A stretch of DNA of 64,000 bases from Vulcanimicrobiota bacterium. GTDB lineage: Bacteria; Vulcanimicrobiota; Vulcanimicrobiia; Vulcanimicrobiales; Vulcanimicrobiaceae. The stretch covers positions 288,001 through 352,000 of the forward strand of contig CAVTCS010000003.1 in the NCBI GenBank assembly GCA_963733295.1, given 5' to 3'. Position numbers and translations under genes: made by a program. Shown here piece after piece: positions 1 through 11,577 of this stretch (positions within the stretch are counted from its first letter, which is position 1; each line of letters starts with the position of its first letter). The notes below the pieces were generated by a model, which was not told where the DNA came from, did not search any database, and saw only the letters and a list, made by a program, of their open reading frames with translations.

Positions 1-678
1 GTCTCGGCGGCAACCATTCAGGGCGTCATCACCAGCGACGGTCAAATCACCGGTACGTTCACCGAAGAAGACACGATCCGCATCTCCAACGAGCTGAACG
101 CCGGCGCGCTGCCCGTCGACGTCGCCGTGATCGAAAACGATACGGTCGGGCCGATTCTGGGCAAGATCGACCTCGAGAAGTCGCTCTACGCATCGATGGT
201 GGGCCTGGGCCTCGTTTTGATCTTCATGCTGGCCGTTTATCGCTTGCCCGGCTTCATGGCCGACCTCGCGCTGATCGTCTACGTCCTCATGTTGCTGGGC
301 CTGTTGGCCGGGGTCAAAGCGGTACTCACGCTGCCGGGCATCGCAGGCTTCGTGCTGTCGATCGGGATGGCCGTGGACGCGAACGTGCTGATCTTCGAGC
401 GTATCAAGGAAGAACTCTGGGCCGGGAAGACGCTGCGCGCCGCGGTCCAAGTCGGCTTCAAGCGCGCCTTCACCGCAGTCTTCGACAGCCACGTGACGAC
501 GATCGTCGGCGCCGGTGTGCTTTTCTTGCTCGGCACCGGCACGGTCAAAGGCTTCGCCTATACGCTCTTTTGGGGGACCGCGTTCTCGCTTTTCACGGCG
601 ACCTTCGTGACGCGCTTCTTCATGGACGTCGTCGTCGACAACGATCTCGTCGAGAACCCGAAGGCGTACGGGGCCTAG
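1..678 (+). CDS. secD: Protein translocase subunit SecD (5' truncated by window edge)
   Basis: Frame is open from base 1 (VSAATIQG...LNAGALP). SecD motifs LTLPGIAGFVLSIGMAVDANVLIFERIKEE and GTVKGFA are present. Confidence 0.97.
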   Translation, partial: VSAATIQGVITSDGQITGTFTEEDTIRISNELNAGALPVDVAVIENDTVGPILGKIDLEKSLYASMVGLGLVLIFMLAVYRLPGFMADLALIVYVLMLLGLLAGVKAVLTLPGIAGFVLSIGMAVDANVLIFERIKEELWAGKTLRAAVQVGFKRAFTAVFDSHVTTIVGAGVLFLLGTGTVKGFAYTLFWGTAFSLFTATFVTRFFMDVVVDNDLVENPKAYGA

Positions 679-687
679 GTACACCAC

Positions 688-2031
688 ATGTTCTTCCGTA
701 GGCTGAATTGGAACGTCGTCTCCTGGTTCAGGACCGTCTCCTACATCTCGTACGCCGTCATCTTCGCCGGCCTCGTAATGATGGGATACAACTGGTTCAC
801 CAAGGGTTATCCGATCAAGCTGGGCCTCTCGTTCACGGGCGGCACCGACGTCACAGTGAAGTACGCGGCGCCGGCGACGCCCGCGCAAATCCGCGGCGCG
901 CTGGCCACGATCGGCGTAACGGACGCGCAGATCAACACGGTCGGTAAGGCGAACGACACCGTCCCCAACGAGCGCTTCACCATCTCGACGCAAACCGACT
1001 TCGGCGATCGAGCGGACAAGCTTTGGAGCGCGCTCGGCAGCGTCGCGCCGGTCGATCGCGCTCAATCGCAGATCGCGACGGTCGGCCCGTCGCTCTCGCA
1101 AGAGTACCTCCGCCAGGCGCTTTTGGCGCTGGTCATAGCGATCGGCATCCAGTTCGTCTACATCGCCTTCCGCTTCGGCTGGAACGTCATCTTCGGCGAA
1201 GTCGTCGTCGTCGCGCTCGTGCGCGACGCGCTCATGATGATCGGGATCTACGCGCTCGCTCAGAAGCGAGCCGACGATGCGTTTCTCGCAGCCGTCCTGA
1301 CGGTCATCGGTTATTCGGTCATGGACACGATCGTGATCTTGGACCGGATCCGCGAGAACGTCAAAGTCATGGCCGGCGAAGGTTACGAGAAGATCGTCAA
1401 CACGTCGATCTTGCAGACGATGACGCGCTCGGTCAATACGCTCGCGACCGTGGTCGTGACCCTCGTCGCACTGCTCGCATTCGGCGGCGCCTCGCTTCAG
1501 AATTTCGCATTCGCGCTGCTGGTCGGGATCTGTTCGGGCGGGTACCACTCGATCTTCTACTCGGCGCCGCTGGTTTATATCTTGCGCGAGCGCCAGCAGA
1601 AGAGGGCCGCAACACTGCGCGCGCAGCAGCGCGCCAGCGCGCTCGAGAAACCGCGCTCCGTTGCGGAAGCCCGCGCTCAAGCGAGTTCGGGAATGACGCG
1701 CGAGCAAATCCTGGCCGCGCGTAAGGAACGCCGCAGCCGCGAGAAGCAGGCACCCGTCCGCGCATCGGGCGGCCCGGCACGCTACCGCCGCAAGCGCCCC
1801 GCCTCGCAGACCCCCGCCGAAGCTGCCGCCGCCGAGAGCGCCGGCGAGCAGTATGAAGATGAAGAGTACGAGGCGGTCGATCCGCTCGACGCGCAAAACG
1901 CCGGGATGCACGAACACGAACTAACGCTCGGACACGAGGAGATCCATCTCAACCTCGAGGACGACGGCGAGCACGCGGTGGAGCATGGCGCGGTCGAAGG
2001 TGAATCCCCCGCTCCCGCTAAGCGCGACTAA
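688..2031 (+). CDS. secF: Protein translocase subunit SecF with long charged C-terminal extension
   Basis: LGLSFTGG, VGPSLS, GYSVMDTIVILDRIREN and QTMTRS motifs; directly follows secD. Confidence 0.96.
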   Translation: MFFRRLNWNVVSWFRTVSYISYAVIFAGLVMMGYNWFTKGYPIKLGLSFTGGTDVTVKYAAPATPAQIRGALATIGVTDAQINTVGKANDTVPNERFTISTQTDFGDRADKLWSALGSVAPVDRAQSQIATVGPSLSQEYLRQALLALVIAIGIQFVYIAFRFGWNVIFGEVVVVALVRDALMMIGIYALAQKRADDAFLAAVLTVIGYSVMDTIVILDRIRENVKVMAGEGYEKIVNTSILQTMTRSVNTLATVVVTLVALLAFGGASLQNFAFALLVGICSGGYHSIFYSAPLVYILRERQQKRAATLRAQQRASALEKPRSVAEARAQASSGMTREQILAARKERRSREKQAPVRASGGPARYRRKRPASQTPAEAAAAESAGEQYEDEEYEAVDPLDAQNAGMHEHELTLGHEEIHLNLEDDGEHAVEHGAVEGESPAPAKRD

Positions 2032-4033
2032 GAAGGAACGCCGCTCCGCGGCGAAGGCGCTACCGCGGGCGACGGCGTCGGAAGCGGCGTTCGAGCGCCT
2101 GGTGAACGGTTTTGACGAGCTCGTGCTGCTGCCCAGCGAGACTCCGGCGCGGCCCGAACACCGCGCGCAAGCGGAGCCGGCGAGCGCCGCGGCATTTCTC
2201 GAGGAGCTCTTTGCCAATCAGGCATCGTATCTCGAGCGCGACCGTTACGCATCGATCGGCGAAGCGGACAGGTTTTACACCAAGGTCGTCGGCGTCTCGT
2301 TCGAAGGACGCCAGGAGATCGTGGCGGGACTCACCGCCGGAGATCCGCTCGAGCTGATTCGCGACCCCGCGAACCCGCACGATTCGAACGCGATCGCCGT
2401 GCACTACGGCAAGTTGCAATTGGGGTATCTGCGGCGCGAGATCGCACGCCGGCTAGCGCCGAACATCGACGCCGGCGATCGTTACACGGCGACCGTCGGC
2501 AGCGTCACGGGTGGCGGGGAGCGTAACGTCGGTGTCAACCTCCACGTGCGGCGCCGGCGCGCAGGCGGCCCCGCGCGGACCGCGTCCGGCGTGCAGACCG
2601 GGGCGACGCTCGACGAAATGCGCATCGCGCTGATCGGAGAGCGCCCGCTGCGCGACTCGCAGCACGCCGTCCTCGAACGCATCGAAGCCGGAAGCAACAC
2701 GATCGCTATCCTGGGAACGGGCCGCGGCAAGTCGCTCTGCTTTCAGTTGCCTGCCGCGCAGCGAGCACTTGGAAACGGCTCGAAGACGCTCGTCTTTTAT
2801 CCGCTGCGCGCGTTGACGAACGACCAACACGTAGCGCTCGTGCGACGCCTCGGTCGCTTCGGCTTGCGCATCCATCGAGCCAACGGCGCGGTCGACGGCG
2901 AGGAGCGCGAGGCGTTGGAAGCGGCGCTCGAGGACGGCAGTTGGGACATCATCCTCGCGACTCCCGAGTTTGCAACCTACCATCGGGAGGTTTTCGGGCG
3001 AATCTGTAACCGCCCGGCGCTGGTCGTCGTCGACGAAGCGCATCACCTCTACGAATCGCGGCACCGCGCGGCCTACGGCACCCTCGGCGAACTCGTCGCG
3101 TCGCTCGGCAAGCCCCAGGTCCTGGCCTTGACTGCGACGGCCAACGAAGAGAGTTTCAACGAGATCCGGCGCGCGCTCGGAATCGAAGCGTGGGTGATCG
3201 ATCCGACCATTCGCGAGAACTTGCACGTCGTCGACGCGCGTAATACCAAGGACCGGCTCGCCTATCTGCGCGATGTGCTCGACGGCGACGGCAAAGCGAT
3301 CGTCTACTGCAATTCACGTGCGGAGGCGAACAAGCTGGCCGGACGGCTACGCGACGCGTTCGGTCCGAGCGTGGCGTTCTATCACGCCGGCGTGCCCAGC
3401 GCGCAGCGCGCCGAGGTCGAGGACTACTTCCGCGCCGGCAAGATTCGCATCATCGTCGCGACGTCGGCTTTCGGCGAGGGGATCGATCTGCCCGACGTCC
3501 GCGACGTCGTCTTGTATCACTTGAACTTCAATTTCACCGAGTTCAACCAGCAGGCAGGCAGAGCGGGGCGGGACGGAATCGAGGCTCGGATTCACCTGCT
3601 GTACGCCGAGGCCGACCGCAAGATCAACGACTACATCATCGCGAAAAGCTCGCCCTCGCTCCCGCTGCTGCGCGAGCTGTATCGCGGGATGCGCGGCTTG
3701 GCCGCGGACGACGTGCTGCGCCTGTCGCACGAAGATATCGCCCGCACGCTCGACCTCGACATGGCCGACGGCGAGACCGTCGGGGCAGCGCTCAGAATCT
3801 TCGCGGAGGGTGGACTCGTCGAGACCGGGACCGACGACGACGGGCGCTTCATTCGTTTCGTCGAGGTGCCCGGTAAGGTCGATCTCACGCAAACCACGCG
3901 CTATGCGGAAGGCGAGGCGGAACGAGAGAACTTCGAGCGGTTTTGCGGGCTCGCGCTCGGCGCGGACGCTCAAACCCTCGAGCAGATCATCAATCGCCCG
4001 ATCTATCCCGATCGCGTGCCGTTTCTCAACTAA
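1985..4033 (+). CDS. HIRAN domain + SF2 DEAH-box (RecQ-like) helicase with RecJ-like C-terminal domain
   Basis: HIRAN-like KVVGVSFE...RDPANPHDSNAIAV...LGYL; Walker A GTGRGKS; DEAH; TAT; SAFGEGID; QQAGRAGRDG. Start could be GTG at 2000. Confidence 0.88.
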   Translation: MARSKVNPPLPLSATKKERRSAAKALPRATASEAAFERLVNGFDELVLLPSETPARPEHRAQAEPASAAAFLEELFANQASYLERDRYASIGEADRFYTKVVGVSFEGRQEIVAGLTAGDPLELIRDPANPHDSNAIAVHYGKLQLGYLRREIARRLAPNIDAGDRYTATVGSVTGGGERNVGVNLHVRRRRAGGPARTASGVQTGATLDEMRIALIGERPLRDSQHAVLERIEAGSNTIAILGTGRGKSLCFQLPAAQRALGNGSKTLVFYPLRALTNDQHVALVRRLGRFGLRIHRANGAVDGEEREALEAALEDGSWDIILATPEFATYHREVFGRICNRPALVVVDEAHHLYESRHRAAYGTLGELVASLGKPQVLALTATANEESFNEIRRALGIEAWVIDPTIRENLHVVDARNTKDRLAYLRDVLDGDGKAIVYCNSRAEANKLAGRLRDAFGPSVAFYHAGVPSAQRAEVEDYFRAGKIRIIVATSAFGEGIDLPDVRDVVLYHLNFNFTEFNQQAGRAGRDGIEARIHLLYAEADRKINDYIIAKSSPSLPLLRELYRGMRGLAADDVLRLSHEDIARTLDLDMADGETVGAALRIFAEGGLVETGTDDDGRFIRFVEVPGKVDLTQTTRYAEGEAERENFERFCGLALGADAQTLEQIINRPIYPDRVPFLN

Positions 4034-4142
4034 CGCTCTCGTAACGAGACTCTCATCGATTTTTCAGCACGCCGCGCCGCGCTTCCACGTATGATTGGTG
4101 CGACCGAACGCGTTTTTCGCGTGAGTCCCTAGGAGAACGTCA

Positions 4143-4508
4143 ATGCCATCCTCCGCTCTCATCGGCAGACTTGGCCTCGCGGTAGCGCTCGCCGCAGCAC
4201 CGGCCGTCGCATCTGCCGGCGCTGCCCAAACGCCGACCGCGCCGTATCTCGTCGCGCAAACCTATACCTATCCGCCGCCGCCCGTTTACTATCCCGAACG
4301 GCACGAGCGTCGCATCTACGGCTGGATCTCCGGATCGCAGCCCTTCAACGTTTGGCTCTATCAAGGGCCGCACGTTCATCTTCATCAGGGTACGGTGATC
4401 AACCCGACGGGAATTACGCTGCAGCCTCACATGCACGTCGCAGTCTACGGTCACTGGAACGACGACGGAAGTTATCACGCCGATCGCATCGACGTGCTGC
4501 CGCGTTAG
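4143..4508 (+). CDS. Secreted hypothetical protein
   Basis: AGGAG SD upstream, signal peptide, Pro/Tyr-rich linker, small beta-rich domain. Confidence 0.75.
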   Translation: MPSSALIGRLGLAVALAAAPAVASAGAAQTPTAPYLVAQTYTYPPPPVYYPERHERRIYGWISGSQPFNVWLYQGPHVHLHQGTVINPTGITLQPHMHVAVYGHWNDDGSYHADRIDVLPR

Positions 4509-4514
4509 CGCCGC

Positions 4515-5741
4515 TTAGGCGATGACTTTTGCGAGCCGGGCGGCGCCGACGGCGGCATAAAAAGCGTTGTCGGTTTCGCTGATGCGCGGTGCCCACGGGT
4601 CGATTTGCTTTGGCGAAACGGGAAAGTGCACGGTCGGACCGGCGGCGTTGCTGTAGTCGGCGAAATCGAACGGTTCGAAGGCGTCCGATTCGCGGTGAGC
4701 GAGAACGAGCGCGGAGACCGCCGAGGCGGCAGCGCCCGCCGCAGCGCGGACCGTTTCGGGCAGGCGTCCGTCGGAGGCGAACGTCTCGTACAATTCGATC
4801 GCCGGCCGGTCGGCGTGCCACGGCAGTCCCTGGCTTTCGGGAAAGCGCACCATCCCGTCGATCGCTTTGGCGTCTTGACGGATCGCGTTGCGCATTGCCG
4901 GAGCCGACGCGGCCGAGAGGAGCGCTCCATCGAGATTCCGGACGGCCGTTTCCAGTCCGGCGATTTTCCGCGGATCGAGGTCGAGCACGTCGAACGCTGC
5001 TGCCGGCCCGAAGCGCTCGCCCGCGTCGCCGTAGCGGGTCGACATCGTGCGCGCGACGACGGCAGCGGCCATCGCTTGCGGGTCACCCACGTGATGCGCG
5101 ATGTCGGCCGCAACCGAACTGGGGACGCCCGGTGCGAGCATCGTCTCGGGGCTGGCTGCCAAGAAGCGCACGCCTGCGCGCGAGAGTGCCGACGAAAAGG
5201 CGAGCGTCGCCATCAAGCATTGATTCGAAACGACGCCGTCGATACGGCGCGTCGCATCCTCGGGGTGCGCCTGCGCGTGAAGCACCATTCCATCGGAGAT
5301 CGCGCCCGCCATGTCGTCGGCGCGCATGATGCCGCGCCAGTGGTCGGCCTCGAGGCCGCCGCCGTCGCCCCCGCCGTGATCGACGAGATCGAGCCAGGTC
5401 TCGCGCGCGCCCGAAGCTTCGGCGTTATCGAGGGTCCGCGCGACGAAGCGAGCGAGATTCTCGCGCGACGACATGTCGTGCGGAGGCGCGAGGTGCACGT
5501 TCTTCGATAAGGTGCCGTCGGCGATCGTGTAGGCCTCGCTGCGCAGGACGTGCGCCGGTGCGAAGCCGCGGCGTGACGTCGTATCCTCGACGGTGAACTC
5601 GATTCCGGGCTCGCGTTTGCTCGTATTCTCGGCTTGTCCGATGACGAGCGCTTGAACTCCGTCGAGATTGTTGTCACCGTCCCGGTAGATTCCGAATTCG
5701 AGCGTTCGCGGAACGCGCTCGGCGTTGAGCGTGGCGAGCAT
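4515..5741 (-). CDS. Clostripain-like (peptidase C11-type) cysteine protease
   Basis: YRDGDNNL, DHGGG (catalytic His region), NQCLMA (catalytic Cys region) and ASPET match clostripain-family motifs. Confidence 0.7.
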   Translation of the reverse strand: MLATLNAERVPRTLEFGIYRDGDNNLDGVQALVIGQAENTSKREPGIEFTVEDTTSRRGFAPAHVLRSEAYTIADGTLSKNVHLAPPHDMSSRENLARFVARTLDNAEASGARETWLDLVDHGGGDGGGLEADHWRGIMRADDMAGAISDGMVLHAQAHPEDATRRIDGVVSNQCLMATLAFSSALSRAGVRFLAASPETMLAPGVPSSVAADIAHHVGDPQAMAAAVVARTMSTRYGDAGERFGPAAAFDVLDLDPRKIAGLETAVRNLDGALLSAASAPAMRNAIRQDAKAIDGMVRFPESQGLPWHADRPAIELYETFASDGRLPETVRAAAGAAASAVSALVLAHRESDAFEPFDFADYSNAAGPTVHFPVSPKQIDPWAPRISETDNAFYAAVGAARLAKVIA

Positions 5742-5893
5742 GAACCAAGCCTCCGACGTAAAGTGATGTCGGAGCTTCCATCACGACACGCGGTCCGGCC
5801 GGCAAGCAGGGCGGTTCACGCAAACGTCCCTCGCCCGGCGGCGAGAGGGTCGCTCGGACGAAAACCGAACCGCTTGCGGCGTTTGCTCGAAGT

Positions 5894-6421
5894 TTGGAGG
5901 ACGAGAAGCTGCAAGTTGAGTCGCTGATCCGGGCGATCCCGGACTTCCCCATTCCCGGGATACTGTTTCGCGACATAACCCCGCTTCTGAGCGACGCAGC
6001 CGGTTACAAGGCGGCCATCGACCTGTTCGTCGACCGGTTTCGCGGCGCCGGAATCGAGTATATCGTGGCGATCGAGGCGCGCGGCTACATGATCGGGGCG
6101 CCGCTGGCGTATGCGCTCGGCGCCGGATTGGTTCCGGTCCGCAAGCCGGGTAAGCTCCCCGGCAACAAGCACGTCGAGGAGTACGAACTGGAGTACGGTA
6201 CCAACTCGCTCGAAATCCATGCCGACGCGGTCGGCAAGGGTCAGAAGGTCCTCGTGGTCGACGATCTGCTGGCGACCGGCGGGACCGCGGCCGCTACGGG
6301 CAGGCTGCTCGATCGCCTCGGCGCCGATATCGTCGGGTTCGCCTTCCTTATCGAGTTGCGGGCCTTGGAGGGCCGCAAGGCCTTGGGCTCCCGCGAGGTG
6401 ACGAGCTTCATCAGCTACTGA
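5894..6421 (+). CDS. apt: Adenine phosphoribosyltransferase
   Basis: IPDFPIPGILFRDITPLL, VRKPGKLP, LEYG and PRPP motif VDDLLATGGT. Confidence 0.97.
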   Translation: MEDEKLQVESLIRAIPDFPIPGILFRDITPLLSDAAGYKAAIDLFVDRFRGAGIEYIVAIEARGYMIGAPLAYALGAGLVPVRKPGKLPGNKHVEEYELEYGTNSLEIHADAVGKGQKVLVVDDLLATGGTAAATGRLLDRLGADIVGFAFLIELRALEGRKALGSREVTSFISY

Positions 6422-6494
6422 CCGCGCAGGGGAACCGGCCCGAATCCGATGGACACTCGGGCGGCGTCTATGGCAGTATAGACGGAATCCATTT

Positions 6495-8671
<2,177 letters not shown>

Positions 8672-8675
<4 letters not shown>

Positions 8676-9256
8676 ATATTCCTCGGGGATCCCTGGATCA
8701 TACCAGGCGCCGGTTCTTCCACCGGCGCTAGAGAGGGCTTCGGAAGGGCCGCCTCGGCCGTCTCGATCTCTTTCTTGATATCGCTGCCCTTGTTGAGGAG
8801 CAATCGTGCCGTGCTTCCAGGCGGGACGTCGGCGGTGTCGAGCGCCTTCAGCGTGCCGAGGAATTTGAGAGCCGCGTCGTACGAAGCGCGAGCGTCACTA
8901 TACTTGTGCTGGTAGGCATAATAGTTGCCGACGCGTTGTTGGGCGCGAGCGAGCGCGAGGTGGGCATACAGCCGGAGCACCACGACGCCGTTCGCGTTTG
9001 CGTCTTGCGAGGCGCCGCCGAGCGCGCTACCGTGATCGTACGCGTCCGCGCACGCTTGGTAGACGCTGACCAATTGCAGTGCCGTCGACATCACTTCGGG
9101 AGTCGGTACGCTCGTCGACGCGTTCAAAGCGTTGAGATGCCGCGCGATGGGCGTTGCGTCCGAACATGCCGCGTCGGTGAACTGCGCGGGCCCCTCACTC
9201 GCCGCCGGCGCGGCGAGCGAGGCCAGCAGTGCCGCGAAAATGAGACCCCGATGCAT
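8672..9256 (-). CDS. Secreted helical (TPR-like) hypothetical protein
   Basis: ATG at 9256 followed by signal peptide MHRGLIFAALLASLAAPAA; helical content; two Cys. Confidence 0.6.
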
Positions 9257-9290
9257 GCGGTAGCCTTTTGCGGGCTCCCCGAAACGGCCC

Positions 9291-9320
9291 TTGCCGAACA
9301 TTCGTTCGGTGTGATATATT
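9291..9320 (+). promoter_or_regulatory. Sigma70-type promoter of rpsF-ssb
   Basis: TTGCCG (9291-9296), 18 bp spacer, extended -10 TG-n-TATATT (9312-9320). Confidence 0.65.
9294..9309. promoter_or_regulatory. LexA (SOS/Cheo) box
   Basis: CCGAAC-ATTC-GTTCGG matches the Gram-positive consensus CGAAC-N4-GTTCG and lies across the -35 end and spacer of the promoter upstream of ssb. Confidence 0.75.
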
Positions 9321-9331
9321 AGGCGAGTTTT

Positions 9332-9451
9332 CCGGGCGGCTCTCGCCGCCCGGCACGCTCGTGCGGGGGCTCCCCGCGCACGGCCCGCTGCCCCCAAAAG
9401 GGGGCCGTTCGTCCTTGGTTTCGGGGACGACGTCCACAGAGGGATACGATC
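9332..9451 (+). promoter_or_regulatory. Structured 5' leader of rpsF (candidate S6:S18 autoregulatory leader)
   Basis: Hairpins CCGGGCGGC-tctc-GCCGCCCGG, GCCCCC-aaaa-GGGGGC and TCGTCCTTG-gttt-CGGGGACGA, then CCA immediately before the SD-like CAGAGGGA. Confidence 0.45.
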
Positions 9452-9748
9452 ATGCCGACGACCGACTACGAAGTCACGTACATCATCCGTCCGAACCTAG
9501 AAGAGACCGAGGTCGACACCCGGGTCGAGCAACTGGCCGAAACGCTGCGTCAAAACGGCGGCGAGGTGGTCGGTGAGATCGAGAAGATGGGCAAGCGGCG
9601 CCTCGCGTACGAGATCGATGACGTCCGCGAAGGCTTTTACGTGGTCATGAAGTTCAAGAGCGAACCGCCTGCGGCCAAAGAGCTGGAGCGGCAGATGCGC
9701 TTGAACGAAGACGTGATGCGCGCGCTCCTGATCAACCTCGACAGCTAA
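9452..9748 (+). CDS. rpsF: 30S ribosomal protein S6
   Basis: YEVTYIIRP, GKRRLAYEI, EGFY and ELERQMRLNEDVMR. Confidence 0.98.
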   Translation: MPTTDYEVTYIIRPNLEETEVDTRVEQLAETLRQNGGEVVGEIEKMGKRRLAYEIDDVREGFYVVMKFKSEPPAAKELERQMRLNEDVMRALLINLDS

Positions 9749-9766
9749 GCCAACTCGGGAGGCTCC

Positions 9767-10204
9767 ATGGCCGGCAGCTACAATCGCATCGTTCTCGTCG
9801 GAAATCTGACGCGGGATCCTGAAATCCGCTACGTCGACGGCGGCGGAAAAGCCGTCACGAAATTCGCCATCGCCGTGAATCGCAAGACGAAGCAAGGCGA
9901 CGACACGATGTTCGTCGACATCGTCGCCTGGGATCGCCTGGGAGAGATCTGCAATCAGTACCTCAAGAAGGGGATGTCGACGCTAGTCGAAGGCCGGCTC
10001 GCGATTCGCAAGTACGACGATAAAGACGGCAACAAACGCACCGCCGTCGAGGTCGTCGCCAGCGACATGCAGATGCTCGACTCGAAAGGTCGGGGTGCCG
10101 GCGGCGACGGCGGCACGTACGGCGCCGCTACCGAAGCAGCGCCGCGCGCCGCGGGCGCGTCCGGATTCGCCGATGAGGCGGTCGAGGACGAGATCCCGTT
10201 CTGA
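9767..10204 (+). CDS. ssb: Single-stranded DNA-binding protein
   Basis: NRIVLVGNLTRDPE OB fold and acidic tail DEIPF. Confidence 0.98.
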   Translation: MAGSYNRIVLVGNLTRDPEIRYVDGGGKAVTKFAIAVNRKTKQGDDTMFVDIVAWDRLGEICNQYLKKGMSTLVEGRLAIRKYDDKDGNKRTAVEVVASDMQMLDSKGRGAGGDGGTYGAATEAAPRAAGASGFADEAVEDEIPF

Positions 10205-10208
10205 CATC

Positions 10209-10814
10209 GTGAAGGCCGCCGTTGTTTCGATCCTGATCGCGGCCGCTCTCTCGATCGCTTCGCTCGGCGCGACACCCGCCGGCGGCGCGACTTCGGCGAC
10301 CCCGGCCGCGCGGGATAGCAGCAAGGGCTTCGATTTTCTGTTCGGGACGTGGCGCACCCACTATCGGATTCTTCGAAAGCGACTGAGCAACAACCACGAG
10401 TGGTACTCGTGCGACGGCACCTCGGTCATCCGTCCCTTTTGGAGCGGCAGCGGCAATCTCGAAGACGGCGACCTTCACTGTCCGAACCGGTACATCGGCG
10501 GGATGACCTTGCGCCTCTACAACGCCGGCACGCATCAATGGTCGCTCTGGTGGGGGACCAAGACGCTTGGTTTGGTGCCGCCGCCGCAGGTCGGCCATTT
10601 CGATGCGCACGGCGTGGGTGAATTCTTCGCGCACGACACGAATGGCGGCAAACCCATCATCGTACGTTTCAAGTGGGCTTTGCAGCCCGGCGATCACCCT
10701 TATTTCGAGCAAGCGTTTTCAGCGGACAAGGGTAAGACGTGGGAAACGAATTGGACCACGGTCTACACCCGCGTCGCGCCTTCGACAAAAGGCGTGTGGA
10801 ACGCGGCGCCCTAG
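10209..10814 (+). CDS. Secreted DUF1579-like beta-barrel hypothetical protein
   Basis: GTG start with signal peptide; FDFLFGTW ... FEQAFSADKGKTWETNW motif pattern. Confidence 0.75.
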   Translation: MKAAVVSILIAAALSIASLGATPAGGATSATPAARDSSKGFDFLFGTWRTHYRILRKRLSNNHEWYSCDGTSVIRPFWSGSGNLEDGDLHCPNRYIGGMTLRLYNAGTHQWSLWWGTKTLGLVPPPQVGHFDAHGVGEFFAHDTNGGKPIIVRFKWALQPGDHPYFEQAFSADKGKTWETNWTTVYTRVAPSTKGVWNAAP

Positions 10815-10894
10815 GCCAGCGAGTCGCCTTCCCAGAAGGTACGGCGGCGTTTGCATTCCCATCGCTGCATCACCAAGCTAGAGGAGAATACCCC

Positions 10895-11563
10895 ATGGCC
10901 CTGCGCATTGGAGACACCGCCCCCGACTTCGAAGCCGAAACGACCCAAGGCCATATAAACTTTCATTCCTGGCTTGGCGACTCGTGGGGAATTCTGTTTT
11001 CACATCCCAAGGACTTCACGCCGATCTGCACCACCGAGCTGGGTTACATGGCCAAGCTAAAACCCGAGTTCGACAAACGCAACGTGAAGATCATCGGTCT
11101 CAGCGTCGACCCGGTGGACCAGCACTCGCTCTGGGCTAAAGACATCGAGGAGACGCAGGGCTACGCGCCCACGTATCCGATGATCGGCGACTCGACCCTC
11201 GCCATCTCCAAGCTTTACGACATGCTGCCTGCGACGGCGGGCGACTCATCGCAGGGCCGCACGCCCGCCGACAACCAGACCGTCCGCAACGTTTTCGTCA
11301 TCGGACCCGACAAGAAAATCAAACTCTTCATTGCCTACCCGATGACCACCGGGCGCAACTTCGACGAGGTGCTCCGCGTGATCGACTCCTTGCAACTCAC
11401 TGCCAAACACCGGGTTGCGACGCCGGTCAATTGGAAGCAAGGCGAGGACGTGATCATTTCCGGCTCGGTATCCAATGACGAAGCGAAAAAGCTCTATCCG
11501 AATGGATGGAAAGAACCGAAGCCTTACATCCGCATCGTGCCGCAGCCGGCGACCTCCAAGTAG
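10895..11563 (+). CDS. 1-Cys peroxiredoxin (Prx6 family)
   Basis: GAGGAG SD; FSHPKDFTPICTTE, YPMTTGRNFDE and ATPVNW. Confidence 0.95.
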   Translation: MALRIGDTAPDFEAETTQGHINFHSWLGDSWGILFSHPKDFTPICTTELGYMAKLKPEFDKRNVKIIGLSVDPVDQHSLWAKDIEETQGYAPTYPMIGDSTLAISKLYDMLPATAGDSSQGRTPADNQTVRNVFVIGPDKKIKLFIAYPMTTGRNFDEVLRVIDSLQLTAKHRVATPVNWKQGEDVIISGSVSNDEAKKLYPNGWKEPKPYIRIVPQPATSK

Positions 11564-11577
11564 CGCGATAGTCGCGT

